Source of the DNA: Larus michahellis
Taxonomy: Eukaryota
Reading direction: 5' to 3'
NCBI RefSeq assembly: GCF_964199755.1
Contig: NC_133896.1
Coordinates: 203,335,471 to 203,399,470, forward strand
Length of the DNA: 64,000 nt
Part shown: piece after piece, positions 51,881-64,000 of the stretch
How positions within the stretch are numbered: the stretch's first letter is position 1
Layout: each line of letters begins with the position of its first letter
The notes under the pieces: generated by a model
Database searches by the model: none
Told to the model about the DNA's origin: nothing
Seen by the model: only the letters and a program-made list of their open reading frames with translations
Translations under genes and position numbers: made by a program

Positions 51881-53984
51881 TTCAGAAAAGCACACAAGTC
51901 AAAGCAGAGGTTTTATTAAGAATGTATCACTATGTTAAGCAAGCACCTTGTAAGAGCTGGTTGAAAAAAACTGTATTATGTTCTAGAATACCAAGACAAC
52001 AAACACAATAACAAGATTTCTGAAACCTAAAAAGGATTGGCACAGAAATGGTACATATTCTCGCACACAGCTCAGTACAAACAAGAGCCACCTCTGCCTA
52101 AATGATCAGAGACCACAGATATAAATACAAATCATCTGAAAAAACACATTAATGATGTGATAGTTAAAAACGAAAGACATCAGATGCTTTTGTACTAACA
52201 GCTACTCTTCACTGTAATCTGCAGGATTTTCAAATATTACAGTATGCAATATGCTTTTTTTTTTTTAACATAACCAGTGCTAACTACAATGACCCTAACA
52301 GCAACTCCATTCCATTTTCTCAAGTTTTTTCAAATATTGCAGGGAAAAATAAAGGGGACTAATAAAATAAAAGCAATTGTAATTTTAAAAATAAAAGTTG
52401 TGTTTTTCCAGGTTTAAGTTCATCTTAAGTAATTTCTTTTGGCATTTGACGTAATCGGCATTTAGACTGTGAAGTGGAAATACTATAATTTTAGTATTTG
52501 CTGTTGACTTTGGAGGTTTATTTACACTTACATGAAGTAACTTTTATATGGTGAAATAATAAACAACTCTATTGTATCACTAAACATCAGCCAAAGCTGA
52601 AAAAAACCCACACATAAGAAAAGCAAAGCAAGAAAACCCACAAGCATAAGAAAATCTTAGTAACTTAACTGATACAGTGAAATATAGTTGGGTGAAACCC
52701 CAGTAAAACTGAAATGTCAGAACGGAAACGCTAAGTGGATGAACTGGAATGCTGACTGAAATACCAGCATCTGAAGTTTTCCTTCGTGTCATTATACTCT
52801 TAGAAACCAACACACACATGCAGTTGGTTTTTTTTTTTTATATTTAATCTCCAATAAATATTTAACGATTAGAAGAACAGGTAAGTTACTGTATTCATCC
52901 TCTTTATTAAAAAAACATACTTACTGCCCTGTTGTTCCCCATTCAATCTTGCCCAGTTTTTTAAACAAAGATGTAATCTCATCAGTGTTTAGGAAGAATC
53001 TCGAGAGAAGAGAAGCAGCATTACAAGAAGCACCACGAATACCTAAAATCACTCTGATGGTTTGAGATGTACAGTATTTTTCAGCACAATATTCATGGAG
53101 GAGCAAAATTAAGAGATTAATTGCCTACTCCAGGTTCATTCTTCCATGCTTATTAACACAGGTTTGGTTGCTCATTTATCTTCACATTCATACTTAAAAA
53201 CTTTCTTGCCTTTTGCTTTCTTTCTCTCTCACGCACTGAGTCCTCCAGCATTCACTGAGTCTTCACACCTAAACTCAGTTTAGTTCAATAAATTATTCTG
53301 CACAGAGATAAAGAATTCTCCAACAGTCATGAAGAAAAAACCAGAACTGAAGTCCAAAATGCATGTTCTTTTTGTTCTGTTTGTTGTTACGCTAATAAAC
53401 AGCTGTTTCCTTTACCAATGAAATCTAGCAAAATCTTTTAAGTACTTCTACAGTTAGGCTAACACAACTGTCAATATAACATCATTCAATCACATCCTTA
53501 GCTTTGTTGTCCAGTTATAATGAACAATTTGTGAAAACTGAGATGTAAGCAGTATTGAACAGCGCATCTTTTCTTCTCCCCTGGCCACTTTCAGGAATCT
53601 ACTCATTGTTCTACAGTATTTTAGGTTTACAGAATGCGCCTCAACTCTTATGCACTTCCTAGTTGTGATTTTTTCACCTTTGGTGCTATTTTGGGGTGGG
53701 ACCAGCATGTGAGACCTTTATACTTACCCTCCATCTCCTTTCTCCCCATTTTGTTCAAGTTCTTAAAAGGTCTTCCAATGCAAAACAAATTTGATTTGGT
53801 CATGTTTTATCTTTCTTCTAGGTTGGGAGATTTTGCCATTGTGCATTTAATAGGCTTCTCTGAAATTCTCATTCACCACTGACATTACCTACAAAACAGG
53901 CCCTACCTACCAGGTCACTAAGTTTACTAGAAGATTCCTTTATCCATATTCTAATGGCTCAACACACGACAGGAGGAGCCATAA

Positions 53985-54140
53985 CTTTTGTCAAGCTTTG
54001 AAACACAGTACCCAGGGAAGCGGTTGACTAGACATCGTGCTTAGGGACATGGCTTAGTGGTGGACTTGGTAGTGTTAGGTTAATGATCGGACCTGATGAT
54101 CTTAAGGGTCTTTTCCAACTTAAATGATTCTATGATAATG
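53985..54140 (+). mobile_element. CR1 LINE 3'-terminal fragment, plus orientation
   Basis: …ggacatggcttagtggtggacttggtagtgttaggttaatgatcggacctgatgatcttaagggtcttttccaacttaaatgattctatgata. Confidence 0.75.
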
Positions 54141-56345
54141 TTTCACTTTGCACGCAGGTAATCAACTCTGAGCTTCATTCCTCTGCGCCAGTCACAATCT
54201 GATGGCACACAACCACTCTATCACCCGGTGTGCTTCCATGTCCTGAAATATAATGGGATCCCAGGAAGTTCCAACGTAACACCATCTTTGTTCCGTCCCT
54301 CCTTCATCGTTCCTTAATGTGGCCTTTATACACTAGGATTACAGTACTCTGACCAGCCTTACGACCAAGCTGCATAGGGTCAGCTGTACCATATGACAAA
54401 TTCTGTTGCTCATTTCTGGTATAGAAACCATATTTGTCATTTCCAATGAGCGCAACATGGTAACTGGGTTTTTCCACAAATTTCTTCTTAGACATCAGTG
54501 CCCCAAAACACGTTTAAGTCTCTCCTGAAGGTGAGAAATGAATTAATTTAAAAAAAAATAATTAAGCTATTATTGCCCCAATTTATTTCTACTTACAAGG
54601 GCAGGAGGGGAAGCTTAAAAGTGGCAGAAGTCTGTCAAAAATTTTTAAATGCATATATATTTCTTTACACCACAGCAAATTGTACGTGCTTTCTCCCTGA
54701 TGCCTCAGATGAAGGCTATTGTGTCTCACTGTTAGTGATGAGTTTATATACATCTGAACTAGTAGTTTATCAGTAAAACACAAGCAAAGCAGCTCGATTT
54801 CTGCTCTTTAACTGTTACACGAACAGTTTTTGTAATTAAGATAACCAGTTCATCCATTTACCTCCCAATATACCTCCCGCTGCAGTTGTTTACCTTGGAG
54901 ATATTTTTTCCTTCAAACTATTCACTCTTGACAGCTCAGCCTCAACTGGCAACTTCAAATTATACAACACCTGAAATTAAAAAGTACAGTCTCAGCTTCT
55001 ATTAACACAAAAAGGAGATTATACAGACATCTATTATCTAAAACATGACAGAGTATGACATCTTTGATTTTAGAGAAAGAAACAACAATTTACTCATCAG
55101 CAGACAAAAGCCAATTCTCAATTGTCGTCTTACATTGTTAAGACCTAATGATTAGAGATTTTGTAATGTTAGCATGTACGTAGAAGGAGGACTCAAATTC
55201 TCCTTTTATATGAACTGAGAAAGTAACTTCTAAGTAAGAAGGCCGATGTGAGGACAGTGGTGGGTACCAGCTCCCAAAGGTCACACTGGACAAGATAGAC
55301 GCAAATGCCAAAAAAAAAAAAAAAAAAAAAGGAGGGATCAGACTTCTTTCCTGGGTCAGATGAGAAAGACTATGTTTCTTCACATGGAAAGTGACAAATG
55401 GATGCAAGGAACATGACAGTCTAAAAATCACACTACTTAAAAAAAAAAAAAAAATTATGAGACCAGTTATTCATCATTTTTCTCAATAAAAGACTACCAA
55501 AGCTCTAAATGAAACAACTGGGTAGCAGATTTAGAAAGAACAGACATAGTTGTTTTATATACGCCTCATTTTAAATATTAAAAGATGGAGCTCACTGCCA
55601 CTGCATATGAATACATACACACACACATACATACTGCCACAAGCATTATGAAGACATTCAAGAAAGTGTTACACAAGGTTGTGATACAATGAGGAAATGT
55701 TTAATACATGTATGTAATGACCCTAAAGTATCCTACAGATTATAAAATCTTTAACCTTCAACTTCCCATACTCACTAAATACCCAGGTTCTTGGATTTTT
55801 CCTCCACACATCTTTTCCTCTCTGTTATCAGAGACAGGAGACATTACTGGATGGACCTTTGGCCTGATACAGCACAGCAGTTAGTATGTGTTTCTATGAA
55901 CAGCTGACATGAGGAGGAGGAAGAAAGGAAGTAAAGGCCTGGGACCAAGAGGCTCAAGAGAGCGTGGCTATCAATTCTGGAGTAGCTCAGTGAGAAGGCC
56001 GGAGACGTGTGGAATAGGAAAGGCTTGAGAGAACTCTTAAGTGCTGAAAACACTGCCCCTTTCACTGATCGAGTACCGTGTCACAGTTTCCCTGCCCTCC
56101 CTCTCCATTTTCCATTTCAGATAGCAAGCTCTTTTTTGTTTCACATCAGTCACCAGACACTAATTTGTGGCCAAGACCAAATATAAACCGGGGGTGTGCA
56201 TGTAGAGGTGGGGTAAGAATACATTACTGCAAAAATCTCAATATTCAAGTCAGCAAACTGAAAGACGGATCACAGAAACTTCCAATCCAAATTTGAATGT
56301 ATTCATTAAAAATAGATTATTTCACAGTGCAAGAATATTAACTAC

Positions 56346-56517
56346 CTGAGCGAGATCACAATAGGCTCTTACAGAAGGTGTAATTTTTAATTCCTTTGCA
56401 ATCCTAATGACACCAGCCAAGCACTTTTTCTTCTCTTCAATGACTTCCTTAGCTTTTGCAATGCCAGCACTGTAGTGGTTGATGCTCTTCACTAATTCTG
56501 CACACAACTTCCTTTTT
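56346..56517 (-). CDS. RNF17: Candidate RNF17 5'-region exon (KRKLCAELVKSINHYSAGIAKAKEVIEEKKKCLAGVIRIAKELKITPSVRAYCDLAQ)
   Basis: Acceptor ttaatacag|a and donor ctcag|gtagtt with an open coiled-coil-like frame. Family assignment rests on position and strand only. Confidence 0.45.
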
Positions 56518-58720
56518 CTGTATTAAAAACATTACTTTTCAGAATTTAATAAGCACTCAGCCATACAGATTCAACCTTCAACTATAACACACAACTGTCA
56601 GTCATACAACAATACGAAGTGAATACCTCTCACACAGAAATATCATCTTCATTAAATGGTGAAAAGTGGAAAGCATGGAAAACACACTTACTAAGAGGAA
56701 CCACAAAAGCTAAGAGTTCACACTGAAAACCCACTTCATTTGGAGAAATGTTTTTTTATTAAATGTTTAAAGTACTCTTCCATTTTTGCCTCCGGATATT
56801 TCCATACACATCCAACTAAAAACTGGATAGATGGATTTTACAATTCAGTCTATTAAGATACCCAAATCCCTACTTGGATGCTCTTCTGGAATCCTAAACT
56901 TTGACAGCCCTCCCCCTCTTAAATCTAAAGATACAAATATTTTTGAAAATGAAGAAATAAACTGTTCTTGGGCTTCTATCAGCTTGAAAACTTGCAGAAA
57001 GTTAATTTTTAAAAAAGTTATTCCTGCTGTTAAACTGATCATCCACTAACGGCAGTATTAAGAAAACCTCAAAAATGAGCTATTTCAGAAAACTAACATC
57101 ATTAAGACTACGTTTTTTCTTTTGTTAAAGAGCAGCGGCTCTGTGTAAGTTAGTGTATTCCAACCATGCAAACCAGCTCAAGATGCCACTATGAAAGGAC
57201 AAAAATAATTAAAAAAAAATTAAAGGCAGGTATTACAAAACACTGCTACGAGGAAGACTGAAATTTTATTTAGAATTCTTTCATCTGAATTAGAAACAAC
57301 TTCTTGATAAAAATAACTCACCACCACCATGCTACAAACCAGATTACTACCTTGAGAGGAGAGAAGTAATAAGTTCATCAAACGTTCTATCTGCATTTTC
57401 TGCAACTCTGTCTCCTTCATGCTTCAATTTCAATTCCAAGTATTTCAGCATCTATTTAGTTCAGTATAGAATAAAAATGCATTTACTATTTCATTTTAAT
57501 TATTTCATTATTCTCACATTATTTTTTTTTTTAAATTCAGAACAGAAGCAATGAACAGTAAGACAGCGATCAATACTCCAAAAGAGTGACACTAAACCAC
57601 TAAAGATTGACACTTAAGCCAATTATAGCTCATTAATCCCTTTGTTTTCTCTAACTTCTAGTCAGCTTGCACTGTCTGGACTCTCATGTCAACTGAAGTC
57701 TATATATCTACGAGGCAAGAAACACAGAGATCTGGGGCCCACTGCCTCACTTCCCTTACCTAACATTAATATAGCACCATATACAGATAACTAGCATGCT
57801 AAGATTTCTACTGTATTTTTAAATTCATTGTAAGCATAAAGGAAAAAGAAAGATTCTTCGCTCTGGCTAAGCATCAGTTTTGTTGCTATAGTTACTTTTA
57901 ATGAAAAGACTATGGGGAAAAAAAAATATCTCATTAATGCAACCCTGCTTTGGCAATTCTCAGTCTTTGTTGAAAAGCTGTTGGAGGACCACAGTTGTAT
58001 GCACGAATTATTACATTAGAGGTGTTGAAATATAGGTTTTTAAAAGATGCTGTTAGTATATGAATTAGGTATTTAGCATAACTTTAACTGACAGATTGGC
58101 CACTACAAGAAAACAACTTCGAAAGGGAATGGAGAACAGGTTTTAAGGATACCTCATGCCACACTTATTGGAATGAATTTGCTTTAAGCTTTTGGATCAT
58201 TAAACACTTCTGTGCATCTTAGAATACATGCATTACTTGATTTACATGTTTTGCATATTGTGCCTGTTAAAATTATTACTTCTATTGCCCATATAATTTC
58301 TTTTCCACCTTTAAATCCAGAAAGGGGCACAAACTAGAAAAGTTAGCATAATTACTAGAACAAAAACAAATGCTGAATTTTACCCAGATCCAAGGAAACA
58401 CAAGCTTAGTATTTGAAAGATTGGCTTATATACGGTTCTGCTAAATAATATGAGTTGACCTGTTAACTTTAAATTACGCATAGGCTCACGTACTCCTTTA
58501 CAGACTACTCCTGTAGTTTGTGAACTCCAAACTATAGCCTGGAGTTTAACACTGTATATTTACAGAAACAGCACAACAGTTGAAGGAAAAGAGGATGTCA
58601 AAACAAAGCCAGTAAAAGCATGTTTAAATAGCATGTTAATTTGTGACTACTTATAACAAAAAGCTTCAATCAAGGACAGGACTTGGTATTTCGTGATATA
58701 TTTAACTTATTTTCACCCAC

Positions 58721-58801
58721 CTCATCTGCATCATGTAAGTGGCTGAGATTACAAATAGCTATGCATAAAGCTTCATCGATAGCTTCCATAGTTTTGCTGT
58801 C
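58721..58801 (-). CDS. RNF17: Candidate RNF17 5'-region exon (DSKTMEAIDEALCIAICNLSHLHDADE)
   Basis: Very strong acceptor atctttccccag|g and donor gatgag|gtgggtg. 27 codons in phase 0. Confidence 0.45.
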
Positions 58802-60664
58802 CTGGGGAAAGATTTGCCAGTGAATGTTAAGCTGCCTGTATGTCTAGAAGAAAAGACAGGCTATACACATTTGCTGTTTTGACAAAGAGGCACTTGATCT
58901 ATGTAAGGCTCTGAGCAGATTTCTGAAACGTGGATTCTAAGGTTTTTTTGTTTGTTAAGATACATGCAATTTATTTGCACACACACATACACACAAAAAA
59001 CAAGATAGTACGTGAAGGAAAAGCAAATTAAAGTTATAATACAGAGGAAAGAAAACATGCAAGATTGAAGAATGGGAATACTGCAGCCTAGAAAAAAGTA
59101 AAATATTTAGTAATATCACTTGGGGAAAACCAACAAAAATTTAAAAAAAAATAAAATGTAATAAGCTCCCAGTGTTATTCTGATGCAAGCAAAGACAATA
59201 AAATACTTGCATGTGAATTGGCACGAAAGCAAATGTACATACAGAAATGTCTTAAAATTTTGTCACTGGCACTACTGAAACTAGCGTTAAGAGTACTGAT
59301 TAGAGTGCTGGCATTTTGCTAAAAGCAAAATGAGATCATCAGCTGGGGATGCCCCAAAAAGTCAGGGATGAAAAGAAGTGCTGCCCACAATCTGGGAAAG
59401 ACCTGTTAGTCACACACATCATTATGGAGTTTATTAAAGACATTTGTTGTCACCTTCATCTCTAGAACAACTTTCCAATTAATGTATCTCAACATCTCAG
59501 ACCAACTGCATCCTTCCTAGGAGCAGAAAAAGGAAGATAACCCTCCTCCTATTATGACTTGGATTTTGAGCAGATGCAACGAGACATAATAGTTAAAAAT
59601 GCCATGGAATTACATTGCTCTCTCTGTACTTCGTAGTTCTCGTTATGACCAGTGACACAGTAATAAAAATCCTTCCAAAACTGAAGAGACATGGATGTAC
59701 TCATTCAGTGGTGTAAGAAATGATACTGCCAAAGACCTGGTAATCACCCAAGCACAAAATAAAGTCGTCTGAAAAAAAACCTTAAGAAACAAAAAGTAAG
59801 CAGCAGTGAGACTATGACCTCAATAAGTGTAGGTTTTCACACGAGCTCGTTCTCAATAACTTTCTCCAAAAAAAAAAAAAAAATGTTCTGCCAACAGAAC
59901 AGGTAACTACCATAAAAATATTACTTACTACCTCGAACTCAAGACTCTTCAAAGATAACCTCAGGCTATTTTCTTTAATAGTTTGTCAACAGTAATATAC
60001 TGAAGTTTAGGGTAACACAATACAGCTTTATTTTAAGCAGACTATTCAAAAAGATGTTCAGAAAAAAAAACATTTTCAAACTTTAATGGGCAGTACAACA
60101 AAACTACCTAAGAAGCCAAGACAGACATGAGCAAGTTATGATTCTTTCAAGGTAACTGTTTAGGGCACTCTCAATAGAAGAAAACAGGACTGGCACAGGA
60201 TGTATCATTCATTTCCGTTTCATTCTGTCATTTTAAAATATCCACATTAGTTCACTTGTCCTAAAATGTCACAAACCTCGTTCAGGAAGATCACGTTAGA
60301 AACTTAATAGAATGTTTCAAGAGAGATCCAGGTGTCCAACAACCTTGCTGTTGTGAATGAATACTTTAGAGATGTATTGCATTAGCCTTCCAGCCGTCTC
60401 AAATTTCAAAAGAAATAAAAAAGCCCCAAACCCAAATATTGTGAAGCCTCAGGTGCCTTTTAAGACAAGCTAAATTCAAAATACATAGTTTCACAGCCAG
60501 CTGAATACACTAGCCCTCCTCAGCTATGATCTGGTTGGGTTTGAGCTGTGTTCATTTTGTCAAGTTACTTTATTAACACTGTAGCTGCACATCAATTCTG
60601 TAATAACATGGAAGAATAGCGTGTAACTACTAAGGCTGCAGGTTTCTGTGTTTTAAGAACACAG

Positions 60665-63110
60665 CAGAGAGCAGGCAGGCTAGGAGGTTCCTTGAGTGCA
60701 TAGAAGATAACTTCCTGACACAACTGGCAGGGGAGCCTACCAAGGGAGCTGCCTCACTAGCCCTACTGTTCACAAACAGAGAAGGACTAGTGGGAGGTGT
60801 GGTAGTCAGAGGCCATCTTGGGTTTAGGGATCATGAAATGGTCAAGTTTTCAATTCGTAGTGATGTAAGGAGGGGGGTTAGCAAAACCTCTATGAAACAT
60901 ATGAAAACCCACTAATTAATGTCTATGTATAATATACACTACATGGAAGGGAAATTCCTTTCTAAAATGGGCGGACTTTGGCTTGTTCAGAACGCTGGTT
61001 GAGTGCCTTGGGAGACAGTCCTGAAGGGCAAAGGGGACCAGGAAGGCTGGATGCTCAAGAAGGAAATCTTAAAGGCCCAGGAGCAGGCTGCCCCCAAGTG
61101 TCACAAGTCTAAAGGGCAGGGAAAATGGCCAGTCTGGATGAACAAGGAACTTTTGATGGCACTTAGGAATAAAAGGAGGGTTTACCACCTTTGGAAGAAG
61201 GGACAGGCAACTCAGAAAGAATACAGATATCTCATTAGGTTATACAGAGAGAAAATTAGGAAGGCAAAAGCCCAGCTGGAGCTCAACTTGGCCACTAACA
61301 TTAAGGACAACAAAAAAACCTTTTATAAATACATCATCAAAAAGAAAGCCAGGGAGAATCTCCATCCCTTACTGGATGCTGGGGGGAAAGTTGCAACCAA
61401 GGACGAGGAGAAGGCTGAGATACTTTGCCTCCGTCTTCAATAGTCAGACCAGCTATCCCCAGGGTGCTCAGCCTCCTGAGCTGGAAGATAAGGATGGAGA
61501 GCACAACAACCCACCCATAATCCAGGAGGAAGTAGTCAATGATCTGCTTCTGCACCTAGACGCACATAAGTCTATGGGGCCGGATGGGATTCACCCAAGA
61601 GTACTCAGGGAGCTGGCGGGAGAGCTCACCAAGCCTCTCTCCATCATTTATCAACAGTCTTGGTCAACAGGGGAGGTACCAGATGACTGGAGGGTGGCTA
61701 ATGTGACTCCCATCTACAAGAAGGGTTGGAAGGAGGATCTGGGGAACTACAGGCCTGTCAGCCTGACCTCAATACCAGGAAAGATCACAGAGAGATCATC
61801 TTGAGCGAGCTCTCTCGGCAAATGCAGGGCAGCCAAGGGATCAGGGCCAGCCAGCATGGGTTTAGGAAGGGGAGGCCCTGCCTAACCAACCTCATCTCTG
61901 TGACCATGTGACCCGCGTTCTGGATGCGGGGAAGGCTGTGGACGTTGTCTATCTGGACTTTGGGAAGGCTTTTGACACCGTCCCCCACAGCATTCTCCTG
62001 GAGAAGCTGGCGAATCATGACATAGACAAGTGTACTCTTCGCTGGGTTAAAAACTGGCTGAATGGCCGTGCCCAGAGAGTTGTGGTGAATGGGGTGAAAT
62101 CCTTTTGGTGGCCAGTCACCAGTGGTGTCCCTCAGGGCTCAGTTTTGGGGCCGGTTTTGTTTAATATCTTTATCAATGATCTGGATGAGGGGATTGAGTG
62201 CACCCTCAGTAAGTTTGCAGATGACACCAAACTAGGTGGGAGTGTTGATCTGCTTGAGGGTAGGAAGGCTCTACTGAGGGACCTGGACACGCTGGATTGA
62301 TGGGCCAAGGCCAACTGTATGAGGTTTAACAAGGCCAGGTGCCGGGTCCTGCATTTCGGTCACAACAACCCCAAGCAACGCGACAGGCTTGGGGAAGAGT
62401 GGCTGGAAAGCTGCCCGGCAGAAAAGGACCTGTGGGTGCTGGTGGATGGCCAGCTTAACATGAGGCAGCAGTGTGCCCAGGTGGCCAAGAAGGCCAACAG
62501 CATTCTGACTTGTATCAGGAATAGCGTGGCCAGCAGGAGTAGGGAAGCGATCGTGCCTCTGTACTCGGCACTGGTGAGGCCTCACCTCGAGTACTGTGTC
62601 CAGTTCTGGGCCCCCCTGTACAAGAGGGACATTGAAGTGCTGGAGCGTGTCCAGAGGAGAGCTACCAGGCTGGTGAGGGGTCTGGAGACCAGGTCATATG
62701 AGGAGAGGCTGAGGGAGCTGGGCATGTTTAGCTTGGAGAAGAGGAGGCTGAGGGGAGACCTCATTGCCCTCTACAACTACCTGAAAGGAGGTTGGAGAGA
62801 GGTGGGTGTTGGCCTCTTCTCCCAAGTGAATAATGACAGGACCAGAGGAAATGGTCTGACGTTGCGTCAGGGGAGGTTTAGATTAGATATGAGGAAGAAT
62901 TACTTTACTGAAAGAGTGGTCAGGCACTGGAACAGCCTGCCCAGGGAGGTGGTTGAGTCACCATCCCTAGAGGTATTTAAGAAACGTGCAGATTTGGCAC
63001 TTCAGGGCACACTCTAGTGACAGATTGTAGAGGGTTTTTTTTGTGTCTGTATGGTTGGACTCAGTGATCTGAAAGGTCCTTTCCAACCATGAAGATTCTA
63101 TGATTTTAAG
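60665..63110 (+). mobile_element. Near-complete CR1 LINE ORF2, plus orientation (endonuclease C-terminus, RT, 3' UTR), with a few frameshifts
   Basis: Consecutive plus ORFs: 61003-61443, 61376-61804 (…[20 protein letters not shown]…), 61908-62300 (…[18 protein letters not shown]…FADDTKLGG…) and 62319-63017 (…[32 protein letters not shown]…). 3' end ggttggactcagtgatctgaaaggtcctttccaaccatgaagattctatgatttta. Confidence 0.9.
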
Positions 63111-64000
63111 TGCAGTATTAAGTATGCATATACAAAAATAATGAGTGAGAATATAAGGAAATTCCACATAACACACCACGTCTGCTGATGGAGCTATAGC
63201 TGGTTTATCCTTCAGCCCACCATTTGAAGAAACTGGGTGCTGAACATTTTTCTCTTCAGTACTGTGACAGAAGGGCCTGCAAAAGAAAACTTTAAGGAAA
63301 AAACCTACACATTTTAAATTAACTATCAAACTTCACACAAATACTTTAGACACAATCCGAGTATTTAAAAATCTCTCATTAAAAACACATCTATTTCTGA
63401 AATGGTAGAATTCATACTGTGATATAGTACAGATGCCTCATTTTTGAAAAAAAAAATAAATTGCTTTCTACTAGCATCATCTTAAAATTCATCTTCAGTA
63501 ACTCTTTTTCATCTGACAATTTTGGCAAGGCTGAACAAAACCTTAGTAGGTGGTATTGATTTTTGTCCTTAGTGAGAGTAAAATGCATTACTACTAACCT
63601 TCCAGGATTAATTTCTCATTTGTTGCCGAAATTATTTTTTTTAGATATCCCATCAGATATTGATTAGGCTGTTAAAATCTTACAGATTACACTAAAACCA
63701 TCTACTGACAACCTGTTATGAAGGCTCTAAAATGCTGTTGTATGATCACCCATACCTGCTCTTCATCAAGATACACGTGGATCTAAACAGCTGTAAAGAC
63801 TCACAAAAACAGTCTGCATAAACCAGCCCAGTTACAGGAAGGAATCACTGTGTTCTTTCTGTGCTGTTTGTTGTTTCTGATGGAACTGTGAAAGGACTTG
63901 GAGAACACTGCTGCAAAGACTGACAGCCATACATGAAGTCTTGAGTTTCTATTTTACTTTGGGCAAGGTTAGCGATGCACGCTACCCGCACTGATCTTGG

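Noticed and set aside
61003-63017. Long plus-strand ORFs that might be taken for host genes
   Set aside because: They are consecutive frameshifted pieces of CR1 ORF2 (endonuclease and reverse transcriptase), ending in the CR1 3' signature.
1-64000. Prokaryotic-style novel system (operon, defence island, CRISPR array, integron)
   Set aside because: The sequence has vertebrate composition and canonical GT-AG introns with polypyrimidine tracts. CR1 LINEs are abundant, and both genes are unmistakably vertebrate (the CENPJ G-box, RNF17 Tudor domains). There is no operon-like ORF packing or repeat-spacer array.

Overview
This window is vertebrate, almost certainly avian (chicken-like) nuclear DNA. 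It is AT-rich with spliced exons, many CR1 (chicken repeat 1) LINE fragments and microsatellites. There is nothing prokaryotic in it: no operons, CRISPR arrays or defence islands.

Two host genes end tail to tail.
- CENPJ/CPAP (+ strand): the 3' half is recognisable as a large ~1.6-kb exon, then coiled-coil exons, then the C-terminal TCP10/G-box exons. The stop is at 11698-11700 and an AATAAA lies at 11818-11823.
- RNF17/TDRD4 (- strand): at least four Tudor-domain units, each split over several exons. The terminal coding exon is 14537-14771. The gene continues past the right edge of the window.

The two genes are separated by about 2-3 kb. That reproduces the CENPJ-RNF17 neighbourhood known from human 13q12.

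Introns carry at least 11 CR1 copies or fragments. Two are near-complete ORF2 copies. One is a nested CR1-in-CR1 insertion flanked by an unusually long 27-bp direct repeat. There is also a GC-rich LTR-like block, a CpG-retaining repetitive block, and homopolymer and dinucleotide runs.

The supplied ORF track calls GTG/TTG starts as M, so its start positions are not meaningful here. Exon coordinates come from reading splice signals by eye and may be off by a few nucleotides.
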